Assembly: GCA_002269645.1 (NCBI GenBank)
Contig: NIVC01001654.1
Coordinates: 124,001 to 188,000 of the forward strand
DNA length: 64,000 nucleotides
Direction of reading: 5' to 3'
From: Macrostomum lignano
Lineage: Eukaryota
Both the position numbers and the translations under genes were made by a program. This document shows positions 13,150-30,284 of the stretch, piece after piece (positions within the stretch are counted from its first letter, which is position 1; every line of letters begins with the position of its first letter). The notes under the pieces were generated by a model. That model ran no database searches and was not told the origin of the DNA. It worked only from the letters and a program-made list of their open reading frames with translations.

Positions 13150-14180
13150 TAGGAGTGCAAAAGTAAGAACAGAAGGTAACTGCTAATGAGCAACTGGTCA
13201 CACCTGTGATATTAAGTCGTGACTGTGCCAGATTTATCTCATGAATAAATCGACTGCACACAAGTGAATATCAGTTGATTTGACGTCATTGATGGCTTAG
13301 ATAAAGTCACTTTCACCCTGCAACAATATCTGGACAGATTAAATGCTAAGCATGCCCTGGTTTCTGCCGGCTTGTCAGAATTTTGGTCAGCTGTCGGGAA
13401 TCTTTTGCTAAATATACGTAGCTTTTTTCGCATTGAATTCAATCCAAGAAAGGTTTGACAATGCAACGGAGATCCTTCAACTTCTGTTGCATTTTCTGCA
13501 ACGTCAACAAAGGGTTCGTCTCAACTGCATCGAGTAGCAGTTGGACCAGAGGCTCTCGCAACTTGCCTTGGCGATTTTCACCCCTTTGGCAGGCGATCTT
13601 TGCCGCCAGTGGTTTCAACGCGCTGATGGGTGTTGTAAACCATATTTTCTTTTACATTCAGGAGCCTTGCAATGTCCTTTGGGTGTTCACCTCTGTCCAG
13701 TGCTTCGATCACAAGCCCAGCATATGGTCCACAATTCTGAGGCTGATCTTGCTCCACCGCAGCAGTTGCAAATGAAGCTATGGACCAAATTAATGCTTGT
13801 TGGACCAAATTAAATGCCGCTGTGCCAACCTTGCTACCAATGCAGACAAAAGTTCCATTACATTGGCAAACGTATCTTGGATTAAATTAAATGCACACAA
13901 GCCCAAATGGGCTGAAAAAAGCTGTAGTAGAAAACGAATTAACAAAAGGCTACAAAACGTCACGAGTTGTCTATGGCCAACAGATGAGTACTCCACTCCC
14001 CGGTCCTGTCAGTGGGGTGTTTCGGAGTAGGAGTCAAAGTCTGCGCCTTGCAGCAAACTTCTCGAAACCATGAGTTGATGACTTAATCTCAGATTGGATT
14101 AATAATCCCATAATTATAGCTTTGATCTGCAGCAACAATGCCCAAAAATATGCTTGCATAATTATTTACGGCAATCCATC
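13150..14180. mobile_element. Degenerate IS630/Tc1/mariner (possibly maT/DD37D-like) transposase relic
   Basis: Minus strand about 13700-13450 encodes HTH-like VIEALDRGEHPKDIARLLNVKENMVYN..ETTGG.DR and, after a frameshift, LLDAVETNPLLTLQKMQQKL. Plus strand about 13890-14180 has weak AHK..WP..P..WGV.E similarity to the C-terminal half. Many stops and frameshifts. Confidence 0.45.
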
Positions 14181-16513
14181 TCTGCAGTAGATTTGTCTTT
14201 AGAAATCAATTCTAGCCAAGTTGAATAAGTTGAATAAGTGAAGCTGTCCGTTTGCACTTTATTGTGTATACTGCATGGCTAGATCTTCCTAAATAGCTTT
14301 TTTTATTTTTTGCGTGCAGATTATAATGCCACTTAGATGAATATGGAAAGAGTTAATGAAAATCAATATTATTTATCCATGGAATCATTATAGTAATACT
14401 CTTCGCATAAAGAGGACTCCATTGAGCCTATTGGGCTTTGTATAGGATTAAAGAATATCCTGCTGGAAATTGAAAGGCCGCTTATGCCTGTCTAGTCGAT
14501 AAGATTAGAGTGAGTCTCTTTACGGCACTTTAACTCCAGCCGCAAAAAGTCTGCGATATAATTTATTGGTGAGTTTAAATTTTTTCTGCGCAACGATTGT
14601 ACCGGTAGTCTGACACCGCTTCTTTGCTTGGAGTTGATTTATGGCATATTCTGATTTTTTAACAGCAGAAAAATAAGCCTAATAGAGTAGCGCTATGACT
14701 GGTTCTTTTGGGAAAACTGGTGTTTAACAGCTTCACTCAGGTTTTAAGCACTCAACAGTCCAGCAGTGCCTTACTAATCAGGGAGTACTTCGGAACCTTT
14801 AAAGACAATTATAACGTTGGATTTGAAATGCTCGATTGTATGGATATTGTCCGGACTGTTGGAAGACTGGAAACATTTATCTAGTAGTCAGGGGATTGTA
14901 AATTCTTACTGTCTACCTCTGAAGGATCATGCAAACGCTTATCCACATACAGCTACTACAGCATGTATACGAATATCCTTAGTGGAGCAATGCCGTCAAT
15001 TAATCAACTTGCCGTTCCGTCTAGCTTTTCTGTTGGGGATTTTGCTTCGCAAACAGCGTGTCACATCAAAGGTTACTATAATATAGATCTACCAGCATTT
15101 TGCGTACTATGCAGAACAGTAATGTTGAGTGGGAAGATGGTGCATTTCTGCTACAGTACAGTAGTATGCTTTATTCTATCTACTGCGCTTTGGTTGCTAT
15201 TTAAATAGGAGCCTCCAAAATATCCGCTAGATGCCTTCTCACAAGCCCTTGTGAGTGTCATGCGTCCACCGATAAGCTGATCTGCCAAGTAAAAGGGAAA
15301 GTAATGATTGCTCTCGGTGAAACCCGAATGAGCGCACTGCCGAGTGTTCACCCAGAAGTTTCAGGGCATGCATTTTAATGTGTGTACGTGTGCGTGTGAA
15401 TGGCGCCAGTGAATTTTTGTTCAAACGAATGGTTTACATTTTGTTACGCGGGATTGTAGATTATTTTTTCCAGCTGTAGAGCGTGCGGAAAAAATGATTA
15501 GAAAGCGACTGGCGCCTCTAATATATTGAAAAAAAGTTTTCGAATGCCAGGATTGTCACTACTGCATCATAAACAGATGATGAGTGATGCTGGTGACACG
15601 AAAGCTGAAGCTGGGCTAAGCTTGTCTCCCATCTGTCTCCGCGTCCCGATCATGCTGTCAGGAAATCAGTCTAATTCCATTTCCTATTATTGTTTCTGCG
15701 TGTGCAGTGCCTAATAGCATTTCTAAAGCTTCGCTTTTAACTTAAATTTACGAGTAAACCGCGATCGCTCTCTGCCTGAGGTATTTTAAGCGATTTAAGA
15801 GTGCAAAAACGTGACTTGAAGTCTTACTAGTGTAAAAAAAGTTTTAAAACTTCATGCTAGCATGTCCATTGCCAATTTCATGCTACTTAAATCTGAAAAA
15901 GGATTTGTGCTTGTTTTTACTAAAAGTACATATCTGTCCCTCCCAACGACTACGCAATGCAAAAGCTATGAAAAACTATTCCTAAGTGATCGAATACACT
16001 TCCTTGATACACTTGTGTTTTTGTCCCCTGAGTGTGATGATACAGATGTGAATTTTGATATTTATATTGTTTCGTTTTTTATCATTTTGTCTGGATGTTT
16101 TTTCGTGCTAAAATACACACTGGTTCTGTAAGTGGAAGGTTAGGGCTTAATGAAATGCTCTTGACGTTTTGTTACCTGCATGCAATTCCACTAATCAGTT
16201 TGCTCGCACACTTGGATAGGCTCAGCGTGTGCCTAAGTGTATCACTCTAGTAATGCCATCTTCTTTCGGTTTGGATGATTCCATAAAGTAACAAAAATCT
16301 TTTACGTTTGAAATACCTGTCTTTGCTAGCAGTATCTGTCTCTTTTGTCCAGCTCTTTTTGATTGTAAGGAAGGACTTAAGACTTCTTTTTTATCAATGT
16401 AGAGCCCAAGGGAAATAAAAATTGCATGTATCAATTTATACATTCGTCTGCCTTTTGGCCATCTGGGTTATTGTAATTTTAAGCATTTAGTTTATGAATC
16501 ACTTCATAGTATT

Positions 16514-18331
16514 CCCGATGGGAAAAGGGCAGCCTCTAATTTTTACCCTAGCCTCAAACGCAGCCTCAAATGAACATCAAAGCGGATTTTTCGAGGCTGG
16601 TTTGATGCTAGCCTCAACAATAATCTTCAGCATTAAAAGAGATTGTATTTGATGCTGGATTCGAGGCTGGAGTAGAGGCTTTATTTGAGCCTGAATTTGA
16701 TGTTTAATTTAGAGGCTAAATTTGAGGCTAGATTAGAGATTGAATTCGAGGCTGGAATAGAGGCTGGATTCGATGTTCAAGTTAGCGGCTGGATTCGATG
16801 TTCAAGATAGCGGCTGGATTCGATGTTCAAGATAGCGGCTGGATTCGATGTTCAAGATTAGCGGCTGGATTCGATGTTCAAGATAGCGGCTGGATTCGAT
16901 GTTCAAGATTAGCGGCTGGATTCGATGTTCAAGATAGCGGCTGGATTCGATGTTCAAGTTAGCGGCTGGATTCGATGTTCAAGTTAGCGGCTGGATTCGA
17001 TGTTCAAGATAGCGGCTGGATTCGATTTTCAAGTTATAAAGGCTGGATTAGAGGTCGGATTAGAGGCTGGATTAGAGGTTATATTCGAGGCTAGATTAGA
17101 GGCTGGATTAGGGGCTGGATTAGGGGCTGGATTAGAGGTTGGATTAGAGGTCAAATTAGAGGCTGGATTAGAGGCTGGATTAGAGGCTGGATTAGAGGTC
17201 GGATTAGAGGCTGGATTAGAGGCTGGATTAGAGGTCGGATTAGAGGCTGGATTCGAGGCTGGATTAGAGGTCGGATTAGAGGCTGGATTAGAGGCTGGAT
17301 TCGAGGCTGGATTAGAGGTCGGATTAGAGGCTGGATTAGAGGTTGGATTAGAGGTCGGATTAGAGGCTGGATTAGAGGCTGGATTAGAGGTTGGATTAGA
17401 GGTCGGATTAGAGGCTGGATTCGAGGCTGGATTCGAGGCTGGATTAGAGGCTGGATTAGGGGCTGGATTAGAGGTTGGATTAGAGGTCAAATTAGAGGCT
17501 GGATTAGAGGCTGGATTAGAGGCTGGATTAGAGGCTGGATTAGAGGCTGGATTCGAGGCTGGATTAGAGGTCGGATTAGAGGCTGGATTAGAGGTTGGAT
17601 TAGAGGTTGGATTAGAGGTCGGATTAGAGGCTGGATTAGAGGCTGGATTTGAGGCTGGATTAGAGGTCGGATTAGAGGCTGGATTAGAGGTTGGATTCGA
17701 GGCTGGAAGAGAAGCTCAAGTTGGAGGCTTAATGGTGTGTGCCTGCAGCTCTTTTGCAAATAGAGGAGCAAATATCCCTCCCACAAAAATGTGAACTCTG
17801 TATATACTCGCCTGTACCCAGTAAGACACCCGTCTTTGTATAAGCGAATACGTTGTGTGCACTGTATCTTAAGGAGGGAAAATATACTACGAGTATGCAG
17901 ATATCTGCGTGGCAGATAAGTTATATTTCATAATTCCATATATCGTTATTGTTTAGTATTGTTTAGTACGTTACAATACAATCCATATGACCGATTATAT
18001 GGCCTTTTAACATCTTTATAAACAGACATTGTCTAACTGTTTAGTATCGCCTTTGAAAAAACTACGCCAGTCTCGAATCCATCCTCTAATTGAGCGTCTA
18101 ATTCAGCCTCTAATTCAGCCTCCAATTCAGCATCGAATCGCCAGCCTCTAATCCAGCCTCCAATACGAGCCTTAAATAGCGAGCATTAAATCTGGGTCAT
18201 TTTTAGAGGCTGCCACACTCAAGAGTCGAGCCTCTAGCCTCCCATTGGTTTAGTGTAACCAAATAAAAAAAATCATTAGAGGCTAGCGCCAAAAAGTGAG
18301 CCTCCAACACCCCTCCAGATTTCCCATCGGG
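16514..18331. mobile_element. Non-autonomous TIR DNA element (~1.8 kb) with 3-bp ATT TSD, inverted subterminal motifs and internal tandem arrays
   Basis: Left end CCCGATGGGAAA (16514-16525) is the exact reverse complement of right end TTTCCCATCGGG (18320-18331). ATT lies on both sides (16511-13, 18332-34). GGCAGCCTCTAA (16528-39) is inverted as TTAGAGGCTGCC (18203-14). No transposase ORF. Confidence 0.7.
16770..17710. repeat. 25-bp array (GCGGCTGGATTCGATGTTCAAGATA, ~16770-17030) followed by a 12-bp array (GGATTAGAGGCT, ~17040-17710)
   Basis: Periods read directly; source of the GLEA and NPAS ORFs. Confidence 0.95.
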
Positions 18332-19560
18332 ATTTAGAATTTGCAGTGAGCTTACACTAAATCGATTTTTATTGAGATAACAAGTTTTTTGCTAACAAAA
18401 GTTTGTGGTTGTCCTTGCAGATCACAAATAAAATGAGCAATGAAATGGAGAGTTGGGGGTATTGAACTGCTGTAGGGATCATGGGTTGTATTTTGAGTTG
18501 TATAGTTTAACTTTAGAATTGACTTTGCTATTAGGATCTTGCAGAGCTACACACATGTTCAAGTGTGTGTCTTTAATACACATGTAGCCTGTAAATTGAA
18601 GGGGGTGGCGTTTCATAAACTCAAAATTGATGCCAAATTTTCGATTTCGTAAGGTTCAAAAACCTTAACAATGCGAATGAGACAATAATTCTAAGAGGTT
18701 TATTTTCTCGAGGCAAGATTTTGACTTGCATTGGTCGCCTGGAGTGGCATAAAAATGGAGGTCAGCATATTATTTTATTTGGCAGCTCTCCGTGTTACCT
18801 AAACTCAATTCTGGTTCATGTGTGCAATCACATTTTCTCCTGTTAAGTTCTGACTGTTTTAAGGCCTCCCTTGTTTTAGCCAAGCAAACTAATTAACTTT
18901 CAAAGGAAATTGTGCCTGTCGAGTATAACGACTACTTGATTTACTCTTCCTCAGAAATTTGATTTATGAAAGGAGACGCTGTCCCAGCTTTGTATCATTT
19001 TAATTTCCCTTTAGACTTCGTTTCCTCAAGACTGTTATTGCTAGTTCGAGTGGCTTTTTTCCTGGCTAGAATTTGAAATTACAATGTAGAAGACTCATCG
19101 GGTTTTGATATTTAAATGAAACGCAAATCAGCGGCAAAGGTTATTATGTTACCGGTAGTGTTGCGCTCAAGCTTGCATGCAAGTGTGTTTAATAGCTTCA
19201 ATATGCAAACGCATCGATTCAAAAGTCTTTCATACACCTCCAACCGGGCACTAAATGACGATTATTTCCAATTGTGATGTCACTATGCATAAAAGATTGA
19301 ACTGCACATTTAGAAGCCATAAATATGGCTTTTTCTAAGTTGCAATGATCAGATTGAGTCTAGGAGCAAGCAATTTAATCCTTGGTGGGGAAACAAGCTA
19401 TTTAAAACTAGTCTTTCATTATCTATGGCCTAAGGGGGTCTCAAAAGCAGCAAAACCAGAATTGCATACGTTTCAGCCTTGGGAATGCAGTCATAATGTT
19501 AGATGATTATTGTTCCCTTTTATATCTATGGCCATATGTCATATGCGTTTTGCGCTCTGG

Positions 19561-19700
19561 TGTCTATGGCCAAGACATACCGTGCGTGTAAAATGATTGT
19601 TGCCGACTGTTGGTCCGTCAATGTCTATGGCCAAGACATACCGTGCGTGTAAAATGATTGTTGCCGACTGTTGGTCCGCTTATGTCTATGGCCAAGACAT
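19561..19700. repeat. 61-bp tandem duplication, about 2.3 copies
   Basis: TGTCTATGGCCAAGACATA starts at 19561, 19622 and 19683. Confidence 0.9.
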
Positions 19701-19983
19701 ATATCATGCTGTGGGATTAGAGGAAGAATGGTTAGTCACAGGCATGTACAATGTGCTGAAGTTGCACATTGCGGTTCGATACCATCACACGATTTTTCAA
19801 GTGAAGAGGAATTATGATAAAACCTGGTTGTCATGAAACTTTTCAGGTAAAAACTTCGCTTCAAAGGCCAAATTTAAAATCGCATCTAGGGTTAATTTCG
19901 ATGGTGCACTTTGGAAATTTGACATTAACCATTGCGAATTTCATTATGAGAATTCACCTTCGGAGTGATTTTTACCTACTGTG

Positions 19984-20205
19984 TGGCTGTAGCATTAGTG
20001 GTTAGAGCGTCGGAAGTCGGGTGTTCGATTCTAGACCCACTTAGAACAATTTGTGTCCTTGAACAAGACACTCAACTCTGCATGTCTTCAGTTCACCCAG
20101 AAGTAAAATGGGTGCCAGCATTAGGAAAGGTAATTGAGCTGCGGCTGAGCTGTCGGTTGCACATCTGGCCCAACTGGGGCAGGTGCGATTGATTTTAACT
20201 ATTAT
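19984..20205 (+). mobile_element. tRNA-derived SINE copy, internally deleted
   Basis: A box (TAGCATTAGTGGTTAGAGC), B box (GTTCGATTC) and central domain TGTGTCCTTGAACAAGACAC..CAGTTCACCCAG..GTAAAATGGGTGCC; homologous to the copy at 24507-24809. Confidence 0.8.
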
Positions 20206-20279
20206 TGGGCTTTAAAGAAAATTTATTAGTTAGTTAAATTTCAATTTTATTGAACTCCACTATGAACTACTCTTCTCAG

Positions 20280-20403
20280 ATCGACCCAGATGAATTGTCT
20301 AAACGACGCCAGCTAGCCAGTGAGAGTTGGTTTCGCTTGGCCGTGGCCGACCTGCCGCAGCCTACCGAATCTGGCGCAGAGTTTGACAGCTCTACTGCTG
20401 ATG
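20280..20403 (+). CDS. Candidate internal coding exon (IDPDELSKRRQLASESWFRLAVADLPQPTESGAEFDSSTAD)
   Basis: Acceptor CTCTTCTCAG ends at 20279 and donor G|GTGAGC follows 20403; GC-rich open frame in AT-rich surroundings; phase-compatible with the 11102-11521 exon. Confidence 0.4.
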
Positions 20404-20994
20404 GTGAGCTGTTGGAAACTGTGTTTTTGATACATATCGTTAGGTACCAGCTCAGCAAGTTACTTATTATGTACTGCCTCCAGTTTTGTTTGCTCAGAAT
20501 AAAAATCAATTTACTCTAAGTTATGCTTATACAATATTATTATTTATTAATAAATCTCGGGTTTCGATCCTTTAATTCATTGAAGAGTCAGAGATATTAA
20601 CCGGAGTTGACTATTATTGAGTACCCATTTGCTCTGCTCCAATTATCCGAACTTGATCGGTATTCTATAGTATAATATTGGGGATTGGAAAATTGAGAAG
20701 ATTTATTGCTGACCTTGGCTGGCATTTCTGCTCAAAGTCAGGACTAAAACAGGCTGTATTATGAGCAGTGCTGCGAATGTGAAGATCTGCACTGTGCTCT
20801 CTGATTTTATTGATTGAACAAATATAGGTAAGGCTTGACAGGGGCGTGGTTTGACTATTTTTGTGACGCGTCTCGTCAATTTTTTTTGCCCAAGTACGCT
20901 GTTTGAAATTCTAGCACAAGCTTTGTTATAAGATCCGATTCCAATTTATAGACAGCTTCTATAGATACCCACCACTCTACTTCTTTATCTTAAC

Positions 20995-21470
20995 AAGCTA
21001 CTTCTCTGTCTACTTATCTACTTCTTTATCTTACCAAGCTACTTCTCTGTCTACCTATCTACTTCTTTATCTTACCAAGCTACTTCTCTGTCTACCTATC
21101 TACTGCTTTATCTTACCAAGCTACTTCTCTGTCTACCTATCTACTTCTTTATCTTACCAAGCTACTTCTCTGTCTACCTATCTACTTCTTTATCTTACCA
21201 AGCTACTTCTCTATCTACCTATCTACTGCTTTATCTTACCAAGCTACTTCTCTACTTAGAAGTACTTATCTACTTCTTTATCTACTCAGCCACTTCTCTA
21301 TCTACCTAGCCACTTCTATGTCTACCTAGCCACTTTTCTATCTACCTAACCACTTCTCTGTCTACCTATCTACTTCTTTATCTACCCAGCCACTTCTCTA
21401 TCTATCTTGCCACTTTTCTATGTATCTAGCTTATTCTCTGTCTACCTAGCCACTTTTCTATATACGTAGC
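20995..21470. repeat. 41-bp minisatellite (dimer of 20/21-bp TACTTCT.. monomers) decaying into monomers
   Basis: Unit TACTTCTCTGTCTACCTATCTACTTCTTTATCTTACCAAGC read directly. Confidence 0.9.
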
Positions 21471-23003
21471 TACGTATCTGTCGCCCTAATTTTCCTGCTA
21501 AATTTTTGCTTCTATATCTGCCACCTATCCAAGTATATGTAGTTGGGTCTCTAGCAGATGAAAAGCCTAGAAAATGTGTTATCATTTGCTCAACTTGAGC
21601 ATCAATCAATGCAGTAAAAATAAATAGTAGTGCAGGTCATATGTATCAAAAGTAGATCCTCCGAACTTTTTTCCAAGCTGCTTTCTGCCGTTTTCTGTCA
21701 TCTGCTTCGCCTCTCTGCATGGCACGCCCCGTTGCTTTAGAGATCAGAAATCCTTCTATTCGACTTAATGCAATTAGTGCCTATATGTATGCCTATGCAG
21801 ACCTAACTGACTGATTGATTGCATTACCTCTGCACGGCGAGGCACTTGTCCAGCGGCAGGTAGTTGAGTGTCTAATCTGGCGTTCTAGAGTCCCTCTATA
21901 CCAGTGCATGTCTCTCTGTGTGCTCCTTTTTTCTTTAGCCTTATAGCCTTACTACAGTTGGCAGTCTTACACGAACAGCAGTACTCAAAGCTAATTAACA
22001 TCCTATTGTAGCTTTTAAGTTGAAGCTTAAAAGCGTTGCAGACTTTATCAATTCGTATTTGATATTTCCCCTCTCTCATTTCTCCCAACCAACTCGCCAC
22101 GTCTTCCCATTTTGTTCCCAGGGGGGTATTTTGTTTTAGTTCGCACTGCATGACTGAATGTATTAAAAAATCGGAAAAAGAGGAATGCTTCGTTCTTTAT
22201 ATTATCCTTAATGTACATGCAGCTCATGCACTATGCATGAGTCCAAGCTCTTACTTAATTCCTTGTGAATTCCGGCTTTTTGATACTCGCGGTCGTGTGG
22301 GAGACGTTGATTTCTACGGATGCTTAAAGGTTTTACAAATTTACAAAGAATGATGTTTTAAAATCCATGCTTTATTATGCAGTTAATTTAACATTTACTA
22401 AACTTGCGCAATTAAACAGATCGTGGTGCATTATTAAAGTTTGTAGATTTTTTTTGTATTTTTTATGTTTTATGCACATCACAATAGCGACAATACATCG
22501 ATATTATATTAATAATATGTAGTAGCGCGTCTGTACGAGAAAAAAAATAATAGTATCGTTTCTTTGGACAAACAAAATATCTCAAATATTGTTAAATAGT
22601 ACAGCACAGTGAGACTGATCGCATTTAAACAAAAAATCTTGGTATTTAATTTTACAGTTTGTTAAAACGCTAGTCGCATTGAAATGTTAGTTTTAAAGGT
22701 TAAAAACTGGAAAATACAACGAGATTCAAATTCAATTCAAATTCCGACAACACTAAAAAGGATCGGCTTTATTAGCTAGTGCTAATTCGATTGCGCGAAG
22801 CTGTGGAGTATCAACAGTTCCGCGTATATCATAAGATAATTCGGACAGTGCAAGTACAACTCTCATGGGGACGACACATCGACTCGTACGAATCTCTTCT
22901 ATAGAGCCATGAATACAGAATGACGAAATTTAACGGGAAAATCGAGATTTCTTGGTACGCATTAAAACAAGAGTTGTTGCTTTTCGTTGCATCGACGCTG
23001 CAG

Positions 23004-27071
<4,068 letters not shown>

Positions 27072-28674
27072 TGTTTTTGTCGGTCTGCTGTTGAAATGCA
27101 CACTCCGATAGCGCAACCTTTTTACAGCAAGTACTCTGCCTTGCCAAATCGAATCGCTATTTATACCAATTCAACTCTCGATTTCTAAATCAGTTTCCGG
27201 CTTTATGCAGACCGTCTCCTACTAGAACCAATGGCGTTTGCTGGGGCAATTTCTGCTTCTTTCTGTCTGCTATCAGTGGCTGCCCAATCAGCGATCGGAT
27301 AAACGCTCTTAGCCCCGCAATTCATTGAGTCTGACTTGCCTTTACCTTAATGTGACACTTCGGAAATCAAATATTTCATGAATCCGCGTTTATTTTCAGT
27401 TTGAACCAGACACTGGGTATGTTACCGATAGCACTGTCTCCTGATGAGAAGGTATAGGTTTATGCTCAAGCGTCAAGCAGAATATACTCAACAACATACA
27501 TTCTAGTTCCGTATTGACGCAAATAGCGCCACGCGACGCAGAGTTGGTTTTGGTGATGAGGGATCGGGAAAGGCGGAGGGCGAATATTAGATGAAGTGAA
27601 GCTTCCGCCCTGTTTTCATTGTTTTTTTCAAGGATTAATATCAAAATGGTTGGCTAGTTGATAGACGCTGGTTAAAAGACACTGCTCACTGGGGCAAAGG
27701 GCGGCGAATTTTCAATGTTGCCGAGTAAAAATGCTTTCTCACTGACTACGGGTCAAGTATCTACAGCCTTCCTGTTGACAAATAATCAAATTTTTGCGGA
27801 GTTAATAATAAACATAACTATAATTGGTTAAGACTAAAAGTACGTAGCTACTGGTGGCTTTCTAGAATGAAATGGACACCTATGTTTACTCACCATCCCT
27901 CAATGACGCCAAAAAGTTTTTAATGTCTACATCTCTATATCATTCTATCTTTCATCTGGGTCTATCTTTGGCAATGACCAACAGCTCTTGCGCTGTTGAC
28001 AGGGGAATCAGATTTCCCCCTCCCCTCTGCCTGCCGTTCGCTCTCACTGTGTCTCCTCTTTCCTCTAAAACTCTCGGCTGCTCACCTACCGTGTTTGGTG
28101 GGGGAGGGTAGCCTGTATTTGTGTGCACTTGTGAGTCGGACTTGAGAGCTGCTGGTTCTAGCGTACTACGTATATTTATATACATACATATGCCTTTCTT
28201 GCCTATACCAATTTTTCTTTTTTCCCTACTATTTACCCTGGCCAAGTTCCTCTTCACTGTTCACTCTCGTTTCGGATGTGCGCCCTGCTCTCTGTCCATT
28301 TGTCCTGCCTATATCTCTGCCTATATCTCTGCCTATATCTGTGCCTATAGCACTGCCATACAAACGCGCATTTGGATGATGTTTTAAGTGCTTGCTCAAG
28401 CAAAGTGGAGCTGAAATATTGGAGGAGAGAGAGCGTGAGAGTGAGAGAAATTGAGACCAAAGGAGGGAGAAAGGCAGATATAAAGGATAAGCATTGGTGT
28501 GTCATTTGATTGAGAGAGTGGGGTTTTCTGCATTTACGAGTGAATTTGCAAATGGCACTAGAAATATATTATTGGCATCTAACATAAATGCAGCGTAATG
28601 GAATACTTTTTAATTATTTGCGTGTAAACTAGACTTACTGTAGTAAGTGAATTCAAAGCTATATATACCTCGAA

Positions 28675-29275
28675 GTTGGTGGGCCAGCCTCCCAGACTGT
28701 CAGTTGCTGCGCCAGCCTCCCAGATCTTCAATTGCTGGGCCAGCCTCCCAGAGTGTCAGTTGCTGGGCCAGCCTTCCATATCCTCAGTTGCTGGGCCAGC
28801 CTTCCAGTTGCTGGGCCAGCCTCCCAGATCCTAAATTGCTGGGCCAGCCTCCCAGATCCTCAGTTGCTGCGCCAGCTTCCCAGATCCTCAGTTGCTGGGC
28901 CAGCTTCCCAGATTTTCAGTTGCTGGGCCAGCCTCCCAGAGTGTCAGTTGCTGGGCCAGCCTCCCAGATCCTCAGTTGCTGGGCCAGCCTCCCAGATCCT
29001 CAGTTGCTGGGCCAGCCTTCCATATCCTCAGTTGCTAGGTCAGCCTCCCAGATCATCAGTTGCTGATCCACCAGCTTCCCAGATCCTCAGTTGCTGCGCC
29101 AGCTTCCCAGATTTTCAGTTGCTGCACCAGCCTCCTCAGTTTGCTGTGCTAGCCTCCCAGATCCTCAGTTGCTGGGCCAGCCTCCCAGATCCTCAGTTGC
29201 TGGGCCAGCCTCCCAGATCCTCAGTTGCTGGGCCAGCCTCCCAGATCCTCAGTTGCTGGGCCGGCCACCCTCTCA
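28675..29275. repeat. 28-bp minisatellite (CTCAGTTGCTGGGCCAGCCTCCCAGATC)
   Basis: Period 28 (28971, 28999). Confidence 0.95.
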
Positions 29276-30284
29276 GTTTGCAGAAATTTATATGCTTCCT
29301 GGAGTGTACCATTTGTCAAAAATTTCCTGTTTTTGTAAAAGCCGCATAAAAAGCCAAATCAGAAACTTCCTGCTTTCAGTCTGATTGGCTGTTTAGTGGT
29401 GGGAGCCATTTCATTTTCTATAGTCTTCCTGTCTATTTCTCATTTTTGTGATGTGTTTCTATTTCTGAGTCTGCACTCTTCATTGCAATCTTTTCTGCTT
29501 TGATGGACTCATTCTCGTATTGTCTAGAATGCCATTGACACTGTACGAGTGCCTTCCAGAAATGGGATTACTCAGTGTTACTACTCATTTTTTGGCATCC
29601 ACTGCCAGGTTTTCTATGCAGGTGTAATTAATTTAGCTGGCTGCTCCAGTTCACGCCGGTAATAAGCAATTTCTGATAATGGAAGCATATTCCGCTGGGT
29701 TGGGAATAAAAATGGCTGTACTCATGTTTTTTTGTTTTTGTGAAACCAGCGGCATCAATGCAGAATGCATTGCTTATCGAGTTTGTCTAGCCGGTTTGTC
29801 GGGCTTGATTAATTACTTTATCCACTCTCCCTGTATCAGTTCTTGCTGTCGCAGAGGTCTCTGATTAGTAAGAATGCTAACAGTCTTTTTCGGTTTGCTA
29901 TTATAGATTTTTTTGAACGCCTAATTGAAATCTTGTGTCTTCGCTTCGATAGAACGGCTACAATAAACTGTAGTTTGAGGCTGTCTTTATCGAATTTCAA
30001 ATGAATATTGATTTAATCTGCACCTCGGGCTCTGTCAGATTTCTAAGTTATCTGGCCTCTTCGTTTTATTCCAAATCTGTTTGGTTAGAGAAAAAAGTGG
30101 TAGGATTAAATATTGTGAAACTGGAGCTTGTCTGAGAGCGTGATGCTGCATCAGCATCAATTTAATGCGATTTTCTAAGCTAAAAATATGCCTGCATTCT
30201 ATTAACATAGTGCTACTCGTAGTTTATTCAATATTTTTATTTTCATGCTGCAAATTTCAAAGTGGAATAAATCTTGACAAAGTC

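Noticed and set aside
14900-15060. Penelope GIY-YIG endonuclease fragment on the minus strand (CSTKDI/VYML..LYVD)
   Set aside because: Needs a frameshift and two stops to see; too short to support by eye.
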